Positions 50,450-62,000 of a DNA stretch of 64,000 nucleotides are shown here, one piece after another. Source of the DNA: an uncultured bacterium. GTDB lineage: Bacteria > Patescibacteriota > JACMRA01. The DNA lies in the NCBI GenBank assembly GCA_963784355.1, contig CAWAQU010000003.1, forward strand, positions 115,548-179,547, written 5' to 3'. The stretch's first letter is position 1. Every line of letters starts with the position of its first letter. Under the pieces are notes generated by a model, which did not search any database, was not told where the DNA came from, and worked only from the letters and a program-made list of their open reading frames with translations. Position numbers and translations under genes: made by a program.

Positions 50450-50832
50450 TGACGGAAAACGTATTTTAAGGTTTGAAGAAATGGAGTTGTGCTACTGATA
50501 GTTAACTTTTAATAATTTTGGAAAATTGTAACTGTAACTTTTTAATTTGTTGCAAATTTAGTTTTGGAGATAAATTATATATTAATTCAAACTCCCTCAG
50601 TAATCCTGATAAAAACTCAAAAGTTGTAGAACTTTTATCTACTTTTTTAGGCACAACAATACTAGACCCTTTGTTCATAAAGGTAATTTAAATCTTTAAA
50701 AAATCCTGTTTAAAAAATTTGCATCAAAAAAACAGGCAATATCATTTGGAATATTTTTGAAAGGTTGTCAAGTAGAAAGTTTAAACTCGTTTATACTTGA
50801 TAAAACCTAATAAATCTAATAAACTTAACTGA

Positions 50833-52041
50833 ATGTCAGTCTTTAAAAATTCACAAGTAGCAAAATTATTCAATGTTTCACATACTACAGTTACAAACTG
50901 GATTGAAGCAGCGGAAAAAAATCAGAATAGTTTGCAGCTAACAACTCTTGGAAAAAGGAAGGTGATTATTGATAATCTTTATAATAGAGATGTTATAAAA
51001 AAATTAATTGAGAGAGGTAAAAAACATTCATGGAGTACGAAAAAGATTAATACAAGTGTAGATACTGAGCTTTATAGAATTTTTAACGTTAAACAGTTAT
51101 CTGAAATTGTTTCAAGTTTGACTTCAATTCGGGAAATACCCTACAAATATACATATATGAATGGTGGTGCAGATTTGTGGAAAAAGCACTACCTAGTATC
51201 ACTTGAAGACAAAGAGAGAGTTGTGGTTAAAGAAAAAACTTTATTGGATGAAAACGTTGAATATATTTTATTTAGATTTAAAAGATTTAAAAAAGTTAAT
51301 ATTTTTGATATTGGTTGTGGCAATGGTTTGCCTGTAGTTCCTATTATTACACATCTTAACAAAATGGGTAAGGAGGTTAAATATACAGCCTTAGATATTA
51401 GTCAAAGAATGATTGACATTGATAAAGAGGAACTTTTAAAAAATTTTCCAGATTTAAAATATACAAGTAACTTAATTGATTTCGATACTTCAAATATTAG
51501 TGATCTATTAATTGAAAGTAAAGCAGACCCAGAATGTGCAAACTTATTATTGTTTCTAGGTGGTACTTTAGGAAACCAAGCTGATACAGGTCGTGTTTAT
51601 TCAAATCTTAGAGATTCAATGGGTTCAAATGATTATTTACTAATCGGCCTAGGCTTGGAAACAAATGAAGCTAAAATAACTGCTGTTCAACCTCACAATC
51701 AATACCACTATCAACGAACTACTTGGATATTAGATGCATTAGGACTTAAAGATTGTTATCCTGATAATACCTTGGATATATACAATAATGTAAAAAGAGA
51801 ATTCATAAGAACTGTACAAATTCAAAAAGATGTATCTACTACAATTGAGATAAATGGCAACAAAGTTGTGTTAGATTTTAATCAGGGTGAGGAGATTTGT
51901 GTTTCCAGGTTTCGTAGATTTAAAGAAGAAGAGCTAGTACATCAGATATTAGCCCATGATTTTGGAATGGATCATTTTATTAGTAGTGAAGATAGTAGCT
52001 ACGCTTTAATACTTGTTAGACACAAAAAGCCTTTGGGGTAA
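50833..52041 (+). CDS. N-terminal HTH fused to EgtD-like (Methyltransf_33) SAM methyltransferase
   Basis: VAKLFNVSHTTVTNWI HTH; EIPYKYTY..GADLW, DIGCGNG, LDIS, LFLGGTLGN. Confidence 0.78.
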   Translation: MSVFKNSQVAKLFNVSHTTVTNWIEAAEKNQNSLQLTTLGKRKVIIDNLYNRDVIKKLIERGKKHSWSTKKINTSVDTELYRIFNVKQLSEIVSSLTSIREIPYKYTYMNGGADLWKKHYLVSLEDKERVVVKEKTLLDENVEYILFRFKRFKKVNIFDIGCGNGLPVVPIITHLNKMGKEVKYTALDISQRMIDIDKEELLKNFPDLKYTSNLIDFDTSNISDLLIESKADPECANLLLFLGGTLGNQADTGRVYSNLRDSMGSNDYLLIGLGLETNEAKITAVQPHNQYHYQRTTWILDALGLKDCYPDNTLDIYNNVKREFIRTVQIQKDVSTTIEINGNKVVLDFNQGEEICVSRFRRFKEEELVHQILAHDFGMDHFISSEDSSYALILVRHKKPLG

Positions 52042-52146
52042 TAATAAAATTGGTGAGAAATTTTTAAGAGGTAGATTTATTTAAACGCCCGTTTTGGATA
52101 AACCAAGATTCCATTAAATTGTTGAAGATTTGACATTTAAAATAGA

Positions 52147-53337
52147 ATGTCTCAGTTTTTCAAAAAACTTAATATTACTATGGACTCGCAAAATGATTTA
52201 GAAGGTTTAATTGATACTCAAAAGTTTGAGTTCAGAACAGAAAAGCAAGCGTATTCATTCGGTGAACTTTCAAACATGTATAAAGAGAAAGAGTTAATAA
52301 TCAAACCTGAGTATCAAAGGTTTTTTAGGTGGGACAATGAAAAAAAATCTAAGTTTATTGAATCAATTATAGTTGGAATTCCATATCCTAATGCATTTGT
52401 TAATTTAAGAGAAGATGGAGTTTATGAGCTTATTGATGGTTTACAGCGCGTGTCCACTGTACTTAGTTTTATGGGCATGCTTGATATTGATTTAAATAAT
52501 AGTGTAAAAAAAGAGGGTGCTGATATTTTTGATGCCGAAGTGCTAGACGAAGATAATGAGATTAATATTAAAAAAGATTGGAAACTTGAAGGTTGCACTA
52601 TTATTAAAGAATTAAATGGAAAGTCATATTCAGACTTACCCCAATCTTTGCAAATTAAAATTAAAAGGTCTTCAATTTGGTTTGAAGTATTAAGTGCTAA
52701 AAATCTAGATTTAAAATATAAGCTTTTTGATAGGCTAAATACCGGTGGTTCTCCAGCAACTCCACAGGAAGTCAGAAACGCAATTTATAGAGGTGAGAAA
52801 GGTTCCGTAAAGTTTTTTTCTGTACTTGAAGAATGTTCAAACTATCCAAAATTTCTTACAATTCTTAATTTTGATGAAGATAAGATCAAAAAACTATTTC
52901 ATCATGAATTAGTATTACGCTTTTTTGCATTATATGAAAATAATCAACGATTACAAGGTAATTTAAAAGAGGTTTTAGATACATACATTAGTGAATGCGT
53001 AAAAACTGATAGAGATTTTGCAGAGCTTTCTATTTTATTTAAAGATATAATTGATCTTCTTTCAAATAAATCCTTAAACTTTAAGTGGCATAGAAACTAT
53101 AAAGAAAAACAACAAGAAATGTCCTTTTCATCTTCATACTTTGATGCTATAATGGTTGGTATTGCAACTAATATTGATTTTTATAAATCCAATGACATTT
53201 TAGTTCGTGACAAAGTAATGGCATTAAAAAAGGATGAAAACTTTAAAAAATCTGCTATGGGTTCATTTGCTTCAAATGAAGATAGAATCAAGAAGAGGAT
53301 TGAGCAAGCTATAGTTTTTTTTAGCAATCATGACTAG
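52147..53337 (+). CDS. DUF262 (GmrS/ParB-like) domain protein
   Basis: PEYQRFFRW, FIESI, LIDGLQR, FDRLNTGG..ATPQEVRNA. Confidence 0.9.
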   Translation: MSQFFKKLNITMDSQNDLEGLIDTQKFEFRTEKQAYSFGELSNMYKEKELIIKPEYQRFFRWDNEKKSKFIESIIVGIPYPNAFVNLREDGVYELIDGLQRVSTVLSFMGMLDIDLNNSVKKEGADIFDAEVLDEDNEINIKKDWKLEGCTIIKELNGKSYSDLPQSLQIKIKRSSIWFEVLSAKNLDLKYKLFDRLNTGGSPATPQEVRNAIYRGEKGSVKFFSVLEECSNYPKFLTILNFDEDKIKKLFHHELVLRFFALYENNQRLQGNLKEVLDTYISECVKTDRDFAELSILFKDIIDLLSNKSLNFKWHRNYKEKQQEMSFSSSYFDAIMVGIATNIDFYKSNDILVRDKVMALKKDENFKKSAMGSFASNEDRIKKRIEQAIVFFSNHD

Positions 53338-53809
53338 ACTTGAATTAACAAATGAGATTGAACTTTTTGTTACCCGTTCTAAGAAATTATCAGTTGAATA
53401 TAAATTAAGATACCACAATTTTGAAGATCCATATAATCAGATACTGGTAAAAGGGTTAATTCTTAACTCAATGTCCAGGTGGGAAAGACTAATTAGGGAA
53501 TTAGTTAAATTGGAAATAGAAAACACAACATTGATGAAGATAAACAAAAGCCATTACTCTTTAGCTTGGAGGTATATTGAGATTTTTGAATATTTAAAAA
53601 TTGACCAAGGAACTATGCCATTTAAAGCGCTATGTAGAATTGATGATTTCTTTGGTACTAAATATAGTTTAATAGTACAAGATATCGTTCTTATTAGTTT
53701 ATATAAATTGCGTAATCGGTTCTCACACGGTGATGATTTTATTCTTAGTAGAATAGAATATGAGAAGTTTTTACTTAAATTTGAAGAGCTGGTGTACAGC
53801 TTTCTCTAA
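53330..53809 (+). CDS. HEPN-domain protein
   Basis: RNRFSH (RxxxxH) motif; overlaps DUF262 gene. Confidence 0.7.
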   Translation: MTRLELTNEIELFVTRSKKLSVEYKLRYHNFEDPYNQILVKGLILNSMSRWERLIRELVKLEIENTTLMKINKSHYSLAWRYIEIFEYLKIDQGTMPFKALCRIDDFFGTKYSLIVQDIVLISLYKLRNRFSHGDDFILSRIEYEKFLLKFEELVYSFL

Positions 53810-53896
53810 CTTTTTTTTACTTTATTTCAATCAACATTATAATGTAGTACTTTACAGCTTGTCTGAATCATGTGATTTATTAATATACAAATTTGT

Positions 53897-54301
53897 CTAT
53901 TGTAACACTACACAACAAATATCCATATGGTTACCTTTTGTGTCAAAATTTGTTAGCTCAAAATCTTCCAGAGCTTCCTCCAAAGTGTCTACCCATATAC
54001 TTGGTATAATTAAATCTTTACCTATGCTAGCTAAATATTCTATAGATAGGTCATCAAAAAAATCATGTAGTTCTTCTGCATTTTCACCATAAGCACAAAA
54101 CTACTCAGCACCACTATTTAATAATTTGTTAAAAATTGTTCTGTATAAAGTATAGTCATTTAAATTAGAACTCTGTACAACAAAACCAAAAGGTCTTTTT
54201 ATATTAGAGATACTTTCAATATTAGTTTTACCAAGGTATACAATGTTTGGATTAGTATTCGTTACAGAATTTTTAGAATTATCCTTTTCATTTTTTGTCA
54301 T
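53897..54301 (-). pseudogene. Putative immunity protein with in-frame TAG at 54101-54103
   Basis: ...LLNSGAE*FCAYGENAEELHDFFDD...IPSIWVDTLEEALEDF continues in the same frame for 67 codons. Confidence 0.65.
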
Positions 54302-54325
54302 ACAAAATACTTTAATTAATCTCAA

Positions 54326-54693
54326 TCATTTATCAGTTTGGGAGGGCAAACATGCTTCAATGAACTCTGATATATCTTTTTCAGATATTTTACTATCCCA
54401 TTTTTCTACAGCTTTATTTCTACTATCTATAATTATATCTAAAGCATATTTTTCTATATAATCCAATATGGCCAAATCAATTAATAGCATATGGTGTTCT
54501 TCTGAAGACTTCCAAGCTTTTACATTTATCCCTTTTTTAAAAAATATCCGGGCATATGTATAAGTGCGTCTGATAAGTCTTCCAGTATAATTTTTTCAAG
54601 TTCATTTTCTGGAATTAAATTTAAATCCATCAGCTGATCATAATCTAGCTCTAAATTTAATGCTTTTTTGATTAATTCTTTTAAATTTTGCAT
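54326..54693 (-). pseudogene. Putative immunity protein interrupted by a -1 frameshift at about 54533
   Basis: HMPGYFLKK, then the -1 frame reads GINVKAWKSSEEHHMLLIDLAIL...QTDK*. Confidence 0.6.
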
Positions 54694-54706
54694 GATTGAT
54701 ATATTG

Positions 54707-55177
54707 TTACGTGAAAAACTTTTTAAACTTTGCAAAGAAGCTACCTGCTTTTTTAGTTGCCTTTTCTTTATAAGTAGCTGGCCTTATATTTAGGGATACG
54801 CCTCTTACTTTAATGACAAATTCAATTTCTCCTATATTAATTATTAACTCTAATTGATTGTTTTTTACATCTTCATTTAATACAAAAATTTCATCTAGAG
54901 TACCTAAATCAGTTAACCCTCCAGTTGTTGATAAGGAAATTAATTTAGCATCAAGAAATGTAAGCTCAAATTCAGTTCCTAACAAATATTCAGACCTTGG
55001 CCTATTTTCATACACAAGTTCAAACAAGATAATTAATTTGGAATCTCTAAACTCTACATTTTTTATTTCACATTGGTTATGTAAATCAACTAAACACTTA
55101 CCCTGATAAAACAACTCAATAATAGAAGTTTTGGGCGGAAGCGGATCTAAGTTTTTATATATAATATTAGTCACCAT
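54707..55177 (-). CDS. Hypothetical protein, putative immunity protein
   Basis: Low-GC ORF in array downstream of RHS gene; DLHN motif. Confidence 0.6.
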   Translation of the reverse strand: MVTNIIYKNLDPLPPKTSIIELFYQGKCLVDLHNQCEIKNVEFRDSKLIILFELVYENRPRSEYLLGTEFELTFLDAKLISLSTTGGLTDLGTLDEIFVLNEDVKNNQLELIINIGEIEFVIKVRGVSLNIRPATYKEKATKKAGSFFAKFKKFFT

Positions 55178-55184
55178 ATAATAA

Positions 55185-55493
55185 TCATTTTGTTTTTAAT
55201 TTATTTTTCCAATCTCTTAATTGATACAACTCTTTTGATATTGAGGTATAGTTAAAAATGGAACCTGCTGTTATAAAATCAAATTGACGTATAAATATAC
55301 GGTAGACCATAAATAAAATTGATAGGTGCGATTGATCTTTATTAAGATTACTTACAATTTCTTGGGCTTCAGTACAATATTCATTTTTAGGAGCACCTAT
55401 AGCCATTAAACCCATTGGATCGTATTTTTCAAGCAAAACTTCTACAATTGTTGTAATTTCTTTATGTGGTTTTGCCATGATTGCTGAGTTCAT
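55185..55493 (-). CDS. DUF1871-like small protein
   Basis: YDPMGL...APKNEY..EA..I. Confidence 0.65.
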   Translation of the reverse strand: MNSAIMAKPHKEITTIVEVLLEKYDPMGLMAIGAPKNEYCTEAQEIVSNLNKDQSHLSILFMVYRIFIRQFDFITAGSIFNYTSISKELYQLRDWKNKLKTK

Positions 55494-55521
55494 AAAATAT
55501 GATAATCAGAATCTATTGATA

Positions 55522-56001
55522 CTAGTTATATTTTGTAACTAAAAAGCTATTTTTGTCACCATCACTAATATCTTCAATTATAGTTGAAAAGTGTTCATCA
55601 ATAACATCCTTTTCTATGTAGTTAAATACAGATATTAAGTTGTTATGTAAAGGAATTTTACTATGAATAAACAAAAATTTACCCCCACCTCCAGCATAAT
55701 AGGTCCAGAAACGTAATATTAATTCTAAATCATCCATAGATTTTATTTCTATAATTAGATAGTTTTGCTCCAATAAAAAACTAATATTTGATTTATTTAA
55801 AATTTGAATAATTTCGTCTTTATCAGAATCTTCAACTTCATTAAATCCAATGAAAAATACATTAGAATTAGTTGCTATATTCAGTTGTTCAAATATAAGC
55901 TTAGCAAACTTTTGCAAATCTGTATTCAACGTATCTAAATTAGTTATATCAAAATCACCAGCAATTGATGTTTTTTTGCTATCAATTATGTTCATAATCA
56001 T
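55522..56001 (-). CDS. Probable cognate immunity protein of the RHS toxin
   Basis: Acidic low-GC ORF starting 3 nt after the RHS stop. Confidence 0.65.
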   Translation of the reverse strand: MIMNIIDSKKTSIAGDFDITNLDTLNTDLQKFAKLIFEQLNIATNSNVFFIGFNEVEDSDKDEIIQILNKSNISFLLEQNYLIIEIKSMDDLELILRFWTYYAGGGGKFLFIHSKIPLHNNLISVFNYIEKDVIDEHFSTIIEDISDGDKNSFLVTKYN

Positions 56002-56004
56002 ATT

Positions 56005-59000
56005 CTATCTTCTAGTTCTAATTCTTAATATAGTTTCCCAATTGACTCTTCCATTTGGTAATCTTTTACCTCTAAATATTTGATAATGAGGAAAGTTATG
56101 TGGCCCTCTACTATGCGGACTATGTTTAGCAACTTTGATTATACGACCAATTTCAAATTTCCATCTTGTATCGCCACCACCAGGGTTACGATATTTGGTT
56201 ATTTTGGCCAATCCTTTACCGATAATGGGTGAGGCAGCTCCACCCACAGCTCCAGCTCCTGCACCAATAGCAGTGTGCATTACTGCATCTCTAGTATTAA
56301 ATACTCTCTTTGTCTCTGCATCCCTTGTTGAAACTGCATATGTACCTAATGCCCATGCACCTCCAGCTACTGCTCCTACTGCAATTCCACATATTATCGA
56401 GGCGACACATGCAACTCCAGCTGCAACCGCCCCTACGACTGCTGCACCACCCCAACCAATCGCATTCCATGTATTTACGCTCCACATACCCGTCAAATCA
56501 AAATCATTCACCGGATCAGGAGGATATACATAGTTGTTTTCTACTCCACCTTCTACTGGATCTACTTGTAAGAATCTTCCAAGGCCCGGTAGATATACTC
56601 TTGCTCCCATTTGTACAGGCTTTAGAGTAAAGGTATCTTCTGTAGTTTTTTGATGTTGTCCTACCCAAGAATATGTACTTCCAAATAGGGTGTTTGTATT
56701 TACCGGTCCTTGAAAGCCTTGAGGTACTGATTGATTGTTTACTGAAGTAGTTGTAGTTGAGCTAAGTATTAGGTTACCAAAAGGATCATATCTGTAATCT
56801 CCTGTTTTGTTTCCAAAGCCATTTGCTGTAGCTACTATGTCTCCATGAGTATCAGGGATTGAATAGGTCTTTTGTTTGGCAGGGTCTGGAGTAAAGGTAG
56901 TTGTGCCTGTAGATGAGGTTGTTGTGGTTCCCTCTAGTGGCCGAATTGTCAAAAGCACTCCACCGGGAAGTGTGAGGTATTTTTCTACTACGTTTTTGTT
57001 TGAGTCAAGCAGGAGGTCTGGGGTATCTCCTGAAGAGGTAAATGAGTAGTAGGCTAGTTTGTTGGTAGTGGTTGTAGTGGTTTCAGCTAGATTACGTTTA
57101 ATGATACGGTTTTGTACATCTCTGTCGTAAGTGACTGTTTTGTTGCCTTCTTTAATGGATATGTTTCTGTCAGAGGAGTCGTAGGTCAAATAGGTGTATG
57201 GGTTTGTACCTATTCTGGTTGTGTTTCCGTGAGTGTCGTATTGGGGATCAGTTAGTTTTGTATCGGAGCTACTGAGAAGTCTGTCTGCATTGTCGTAGCA
57301 GTAGGTTGTGGTAGTGGTGACTCCGTTTACAACTTGAGTAAGTTTACTTCGATTTGAATTTTTATGACTGTTTTGATTTGTTGCTGCATTGGTGCAGTTT
57401 GTAGGAGCGTCAAAAGAATAACTATAACTTCTGTTTGGTAGATTAGCTTGAATTAATCGTCCTGCTTTGTCGTAGGAGTAGGTGGATTGTTCATTGTTGA
57501 GAGTTTTGCTTAAAATTTGACCTGATTGGCTACGTACCAGAGAGTCAGTGATTGCAGAATTGTCATTTAGATTCCAGGTAAGTCCTGTATTTCTACCAAC
57601 ATCATCTCTTTGAATAGAGCCTAGTTTAAAAGTACCGGCATTTGAGTAATTGACTGAAGAAATTCTGCCAAATTGGTCATAAATAGGTTTAGCTAGAGCT
57701 ACGCCGTCCAGTTTTTGTTCCGTTAGTTGACCGATAGGGTTATATACAAATTCTTCCAGTCCCAAAGGTCCGTTTCTGGAGATCAGTTTACCTAAATTAT
57801 CGTAGTTATTTGCAGTTACTTTGCTCAATGCGTCGGTGTATTTGATGGTTCTGCCTAAAAGGTCATTTTCTACTGTGATTGTACCTTTATCGTCAGTTGT
57901 AGATGTGATTAATGGATTACCGCCTACAGCATAATTGTTTGTGATTGTTCTTCCTGGTTGTGAGCCGATAGTAGGAATAGCTGTTTGGCTGACTCTACCT
58001 CTATCATCATAGTTGGTACAGGTCCAAGGATCAGTGTTATAACGAGTAGCTACTACTTTTCCTTCTTCGTCGTAAATTGATTCTGTAGTTCTGCCTACCA
58101 ATGGCCCTGCTCCATCCGGATCGGGTTCAGTTTTGGATTTTTGTCTACCAGCTTGGCGAAAGGCCTCCACTACTGTAGTAGTACAAGGATTGTCAGCTGT
58201 ATCTGTAGGACCCCAGTGAGCGTATTGGGTTGTATTTCCACCCGGCATTATCTTGGTCAATTGCCTTAAATAACCGGTCCCTGGAGCTTCATAAGTGGCC
58301 CCTGAGGTATAATTCAGTCCGGTTTGATCTAGGACATTATCTTTGACCAGGCCTGCCTCAGGATTGATGTAGCTAGTTTTAGCAGTGATGTTGCCTAGTT
58401 CGGCGTCATAAGCAGTGCTACTGGTAGCTAGACCATATCGAGGGGAAAGAATATTACCTAAGGTAGCAGTATTACTTCCACCCGGAGCTCCTTTATGCAT
58501 TTCCAATCGAGCATCTCCTCCTCCAGCATCATAATAATCTATACGGATACGATAAACACTATTTGGGGTGGGGTTATTAAATATTTTTTCAGGTCGCCAT
58601 CTTTGCCCTCCGTTATTCCAGTCATCAACCAGTAAAACATCATTTATATACAGTCTGACTCCATCGTCTGAAAACATATAAAATCTGTGGTCACCGACTT
58701 CAGCTAGTTTGATTTCACCGGTCAATCTAACTCCCCAGCCATTTGTACCGGGAGTGATTGGAGTAGCTGTATTCCAAGTTTTATACACTGCCCCTTCAGA
58801 TTCTCCGATACCGGTGGTATGAAGTTTCGGATTGCCGATCAATTTTTTGTCATCAAAATAGGTAGCAGCTAAACCTTTGATATTCTCGTCATATTTAGTC
58901 TCACTATGTGCTACTTTGTTGATATATGTTGCTTGCGGAGTACGGTCGGAATTGTACCAAGTTTGAGGAGCAGGGCCATAGCTATGAATCGGTCTGTCGT

Positions 59001-62000
59001 CTACATCGTACAAAATAGTGCTTTTTTGACCTGTAGCATCAGTGGTAGAATATACCAAGTCTTTTATCGGATGCCACTCGGTATTTAGACTCAAGTTTGC
59101 AATATCCGTGACTTTTGTCGTCCTGTAAATCGCATCATATTCAACTCTTTTACTAAAACCACTTGGTTCTGATTGATTTAATACTTTGCCTTCAGTAGCA
59201 TTTGGCAAATAGTTATAGGTGTAGGTTGGTCTAGCGGCATTGGCTACAGGAGCAGGCAAAATTGCACTTACGACTCTACCTAAAGCATCATAAGAAATTT
59301 GAGTGGTTACTGAATCATCTTGCGCTCTAATGCTGTTATTTACTACATCTGCAGCAATGGGATCACGGATCTGTACAATTCTACCTAAAGTATCATATCC
59401 CAAATCGGTTACCTCATTTCCGGGCTCTACCATTCTAGCCAGCCTTCCGTTTTTGTAGTATAAGTAGGTAATTCTACCCTCATAGGTCTTTACTCCACAA
59501 AGCATTCCAGCTGGAGCAAAAGCATCAAAGCCGCTTGGGGCAGTTCCACAAGTCGTATCTCCGCTATAATGTAAAGTAGCAAAACGATCCGAATTTACTC
59601 CGTCAATTATTTTCGTCAGTTTGGTAGGGGAGCTAGAATATTCGTATTTTAAAGCAGCCGGTTTGCGATCATCAAAAGGTGTAATAGAAGAGATTAGATT
59701 GCCGTTTTGCCCGAAAATGTAAGTTCTACCATCAGCATTGTGAAAAGTATATGTACCATCACTATTTTTAATCAGGTTGCCGTCTTCATTTACCGGAGGA
59801 GTATAAGCCGAACCGTTCCACTTGTATTCATAAGTACCACCCGCTGAATCAGTTAGAATAGCACTTGAACTACTGATATTGATTCTATCATAATCCAGGT
59901 CACCGTCGGCATCAATACCCAAATTCCATCCGTCAGGTAAAACCTTGGCTTTTGGAGTCAACCAATCCGCAGGTATGATCTGTTCGGCTACTGCTCCGCG
60001 TACTTTCAATTCTATGGCTGCACCACCTCCATTTTCATAAAAATCAACTGTAATTGGCACTATTTGTCCCTGAGTAAGATTGATACCGTTTCCAAACCCT
60101 ACTTCACCACCACTATCACGCCATTTTTCATAAACTACTGTATCCCCAATCTTGACTCTGGACCCGTCATCACTCATGGTACCGAAAGAATAACTACCTG
60201 TAGTAGGTGGAATGAAATATCCCAGCCATTTAACCATAAACTTATCTGCTGGTCCGTTTGGTACTGGTGTACCATTTCCCCAATTGAATGAGACCTGAGC
60301 ATCTTTTCTAACTATAAAAGCGGTGTTTGTATCACTTGGAAAGTTGTGATCACCGGGATCATCATAATATCTGCCAATTAAGCCTCTATCTTGGTCAGCA
60401 GGGCGTATACCGGTTTGCAGCCACTCAGGTTTTACGACTTGTTCAGGTACGGCACCTCTTACCACCAATTTTGCATATGCCAGTCCGCCATATTCATATA
60501 CTTCCATTTTTATCGGTACTACCTGGCCTTTAGATAAACTCACTCCGGTTCCGAAAGCATTTGTGACACAACAAGGACGATCTAAAACCAATTGATTATT
60601 TACCCATATTTTTACAGAATCATCCGCCGTGCCACCAAATTCATAGTTACCGGTTTCGGGAGCTACAAAATAGCCTGTCCACCTAGATAGAAAATAATCA
60701 TCCGTAATTGTACTACCTGAAGGAGAACCAAGGCCCCAATCAAAATCAATATTTGAATCTACTCTAGTTAATTGTGGATTTCCTGAAATTTGCTGGTTGC
60801 GAGCATAATCATTCCAATATTCCCCAACCAACCCTTGTCTAGATTTTGCAGGAGAATTGTAATCCATGCTGACTCCCAACGATCCACCTAGTGCTGAAGA
60901 AGAATGAGATCCAAGGCCGGTGGTCATGTTGCCGGTAGCCAAATCCACACTTATTGGACCAATGGTATCAAAATTTTGAGTGGTATCTTTACCCGTACGC
61001 ATGTCTACTTTAAATGACCTTACCCAATTTGGAGATGTAACCCCTGCCCCATTGTCTGCACCCAATGTGTATACTTTCCAGTAATAGGTCATTCCGTCTT
61101 GTAATACGTTATCGGGAACGGTCCACTGTGGTGAATATGTCCAACCCGAATTGACAATTGCTCCGGTATCTCCATCAGGTTGAGTAGTTACTCTAAAAAA
61201 ATATCTAACGCGGTCTCCGTCAGGATCACTTACCGAATTTACTTTAAAGCTTGGTTGAGTATTTACCAGAGTAGACTGATTTTCAGGAGAAATTGGAGTC
61301 GTCATTGGAGTCGGAGTATCGTAGGTAAAGCTAATTTTAGTACTGTAGGGATCAAATAATTTGTACGATCCATAATCCCAGCTTTCTTCTCCACGTACAT
61401 GTAGCCACCCACCAAAATCGCCCCTACTGACCAAAGATCTATATATTTCCGTGACATCAATATTTCCTTCCGAGCCAATTATGCTCGCAGTTTCTTGCCC
61501 TTCTCCACAATCATAACCAAAACATCTTGCCCATCTTGCTACCACAAAGCGATTATCGTAGGTACCCCAATATTTACCGGATTGAGGTGATGGCATCCTT
61601 AAATACAAACTAGCATTTTGTAGAGTTTTCCCGGCCAACTGATCATAAGGAGCCTTGTACATGAATCTCCAAAATTTATTACTAGCATTACCTGTACTGT
61701 TTCCACAACCTTGCCCGGCATTACATACAAAACCGTCAGATTTATAATTTATATAGTCATTTCCGATTCCATTTGTAAAACTTGGGTCAATTGTAATAGG
61801 AAATACATCTTTAGGTTGTTTTTTGAGCCATTCCCTGTCTAGAGTCACAGTTAGCTTGGCTGAAGATGAGCTTGTATTCGTTCCTGTTTGAGTGACAATA
61901 GGGTCACCTACAATCACCCCTTCTTTAAGTGTGGCTACAGTTGGAGCTGGAATTACAAAGGTATCCCCTAAAACTCCTTTGAGTTCAAACCAACCTTTTT

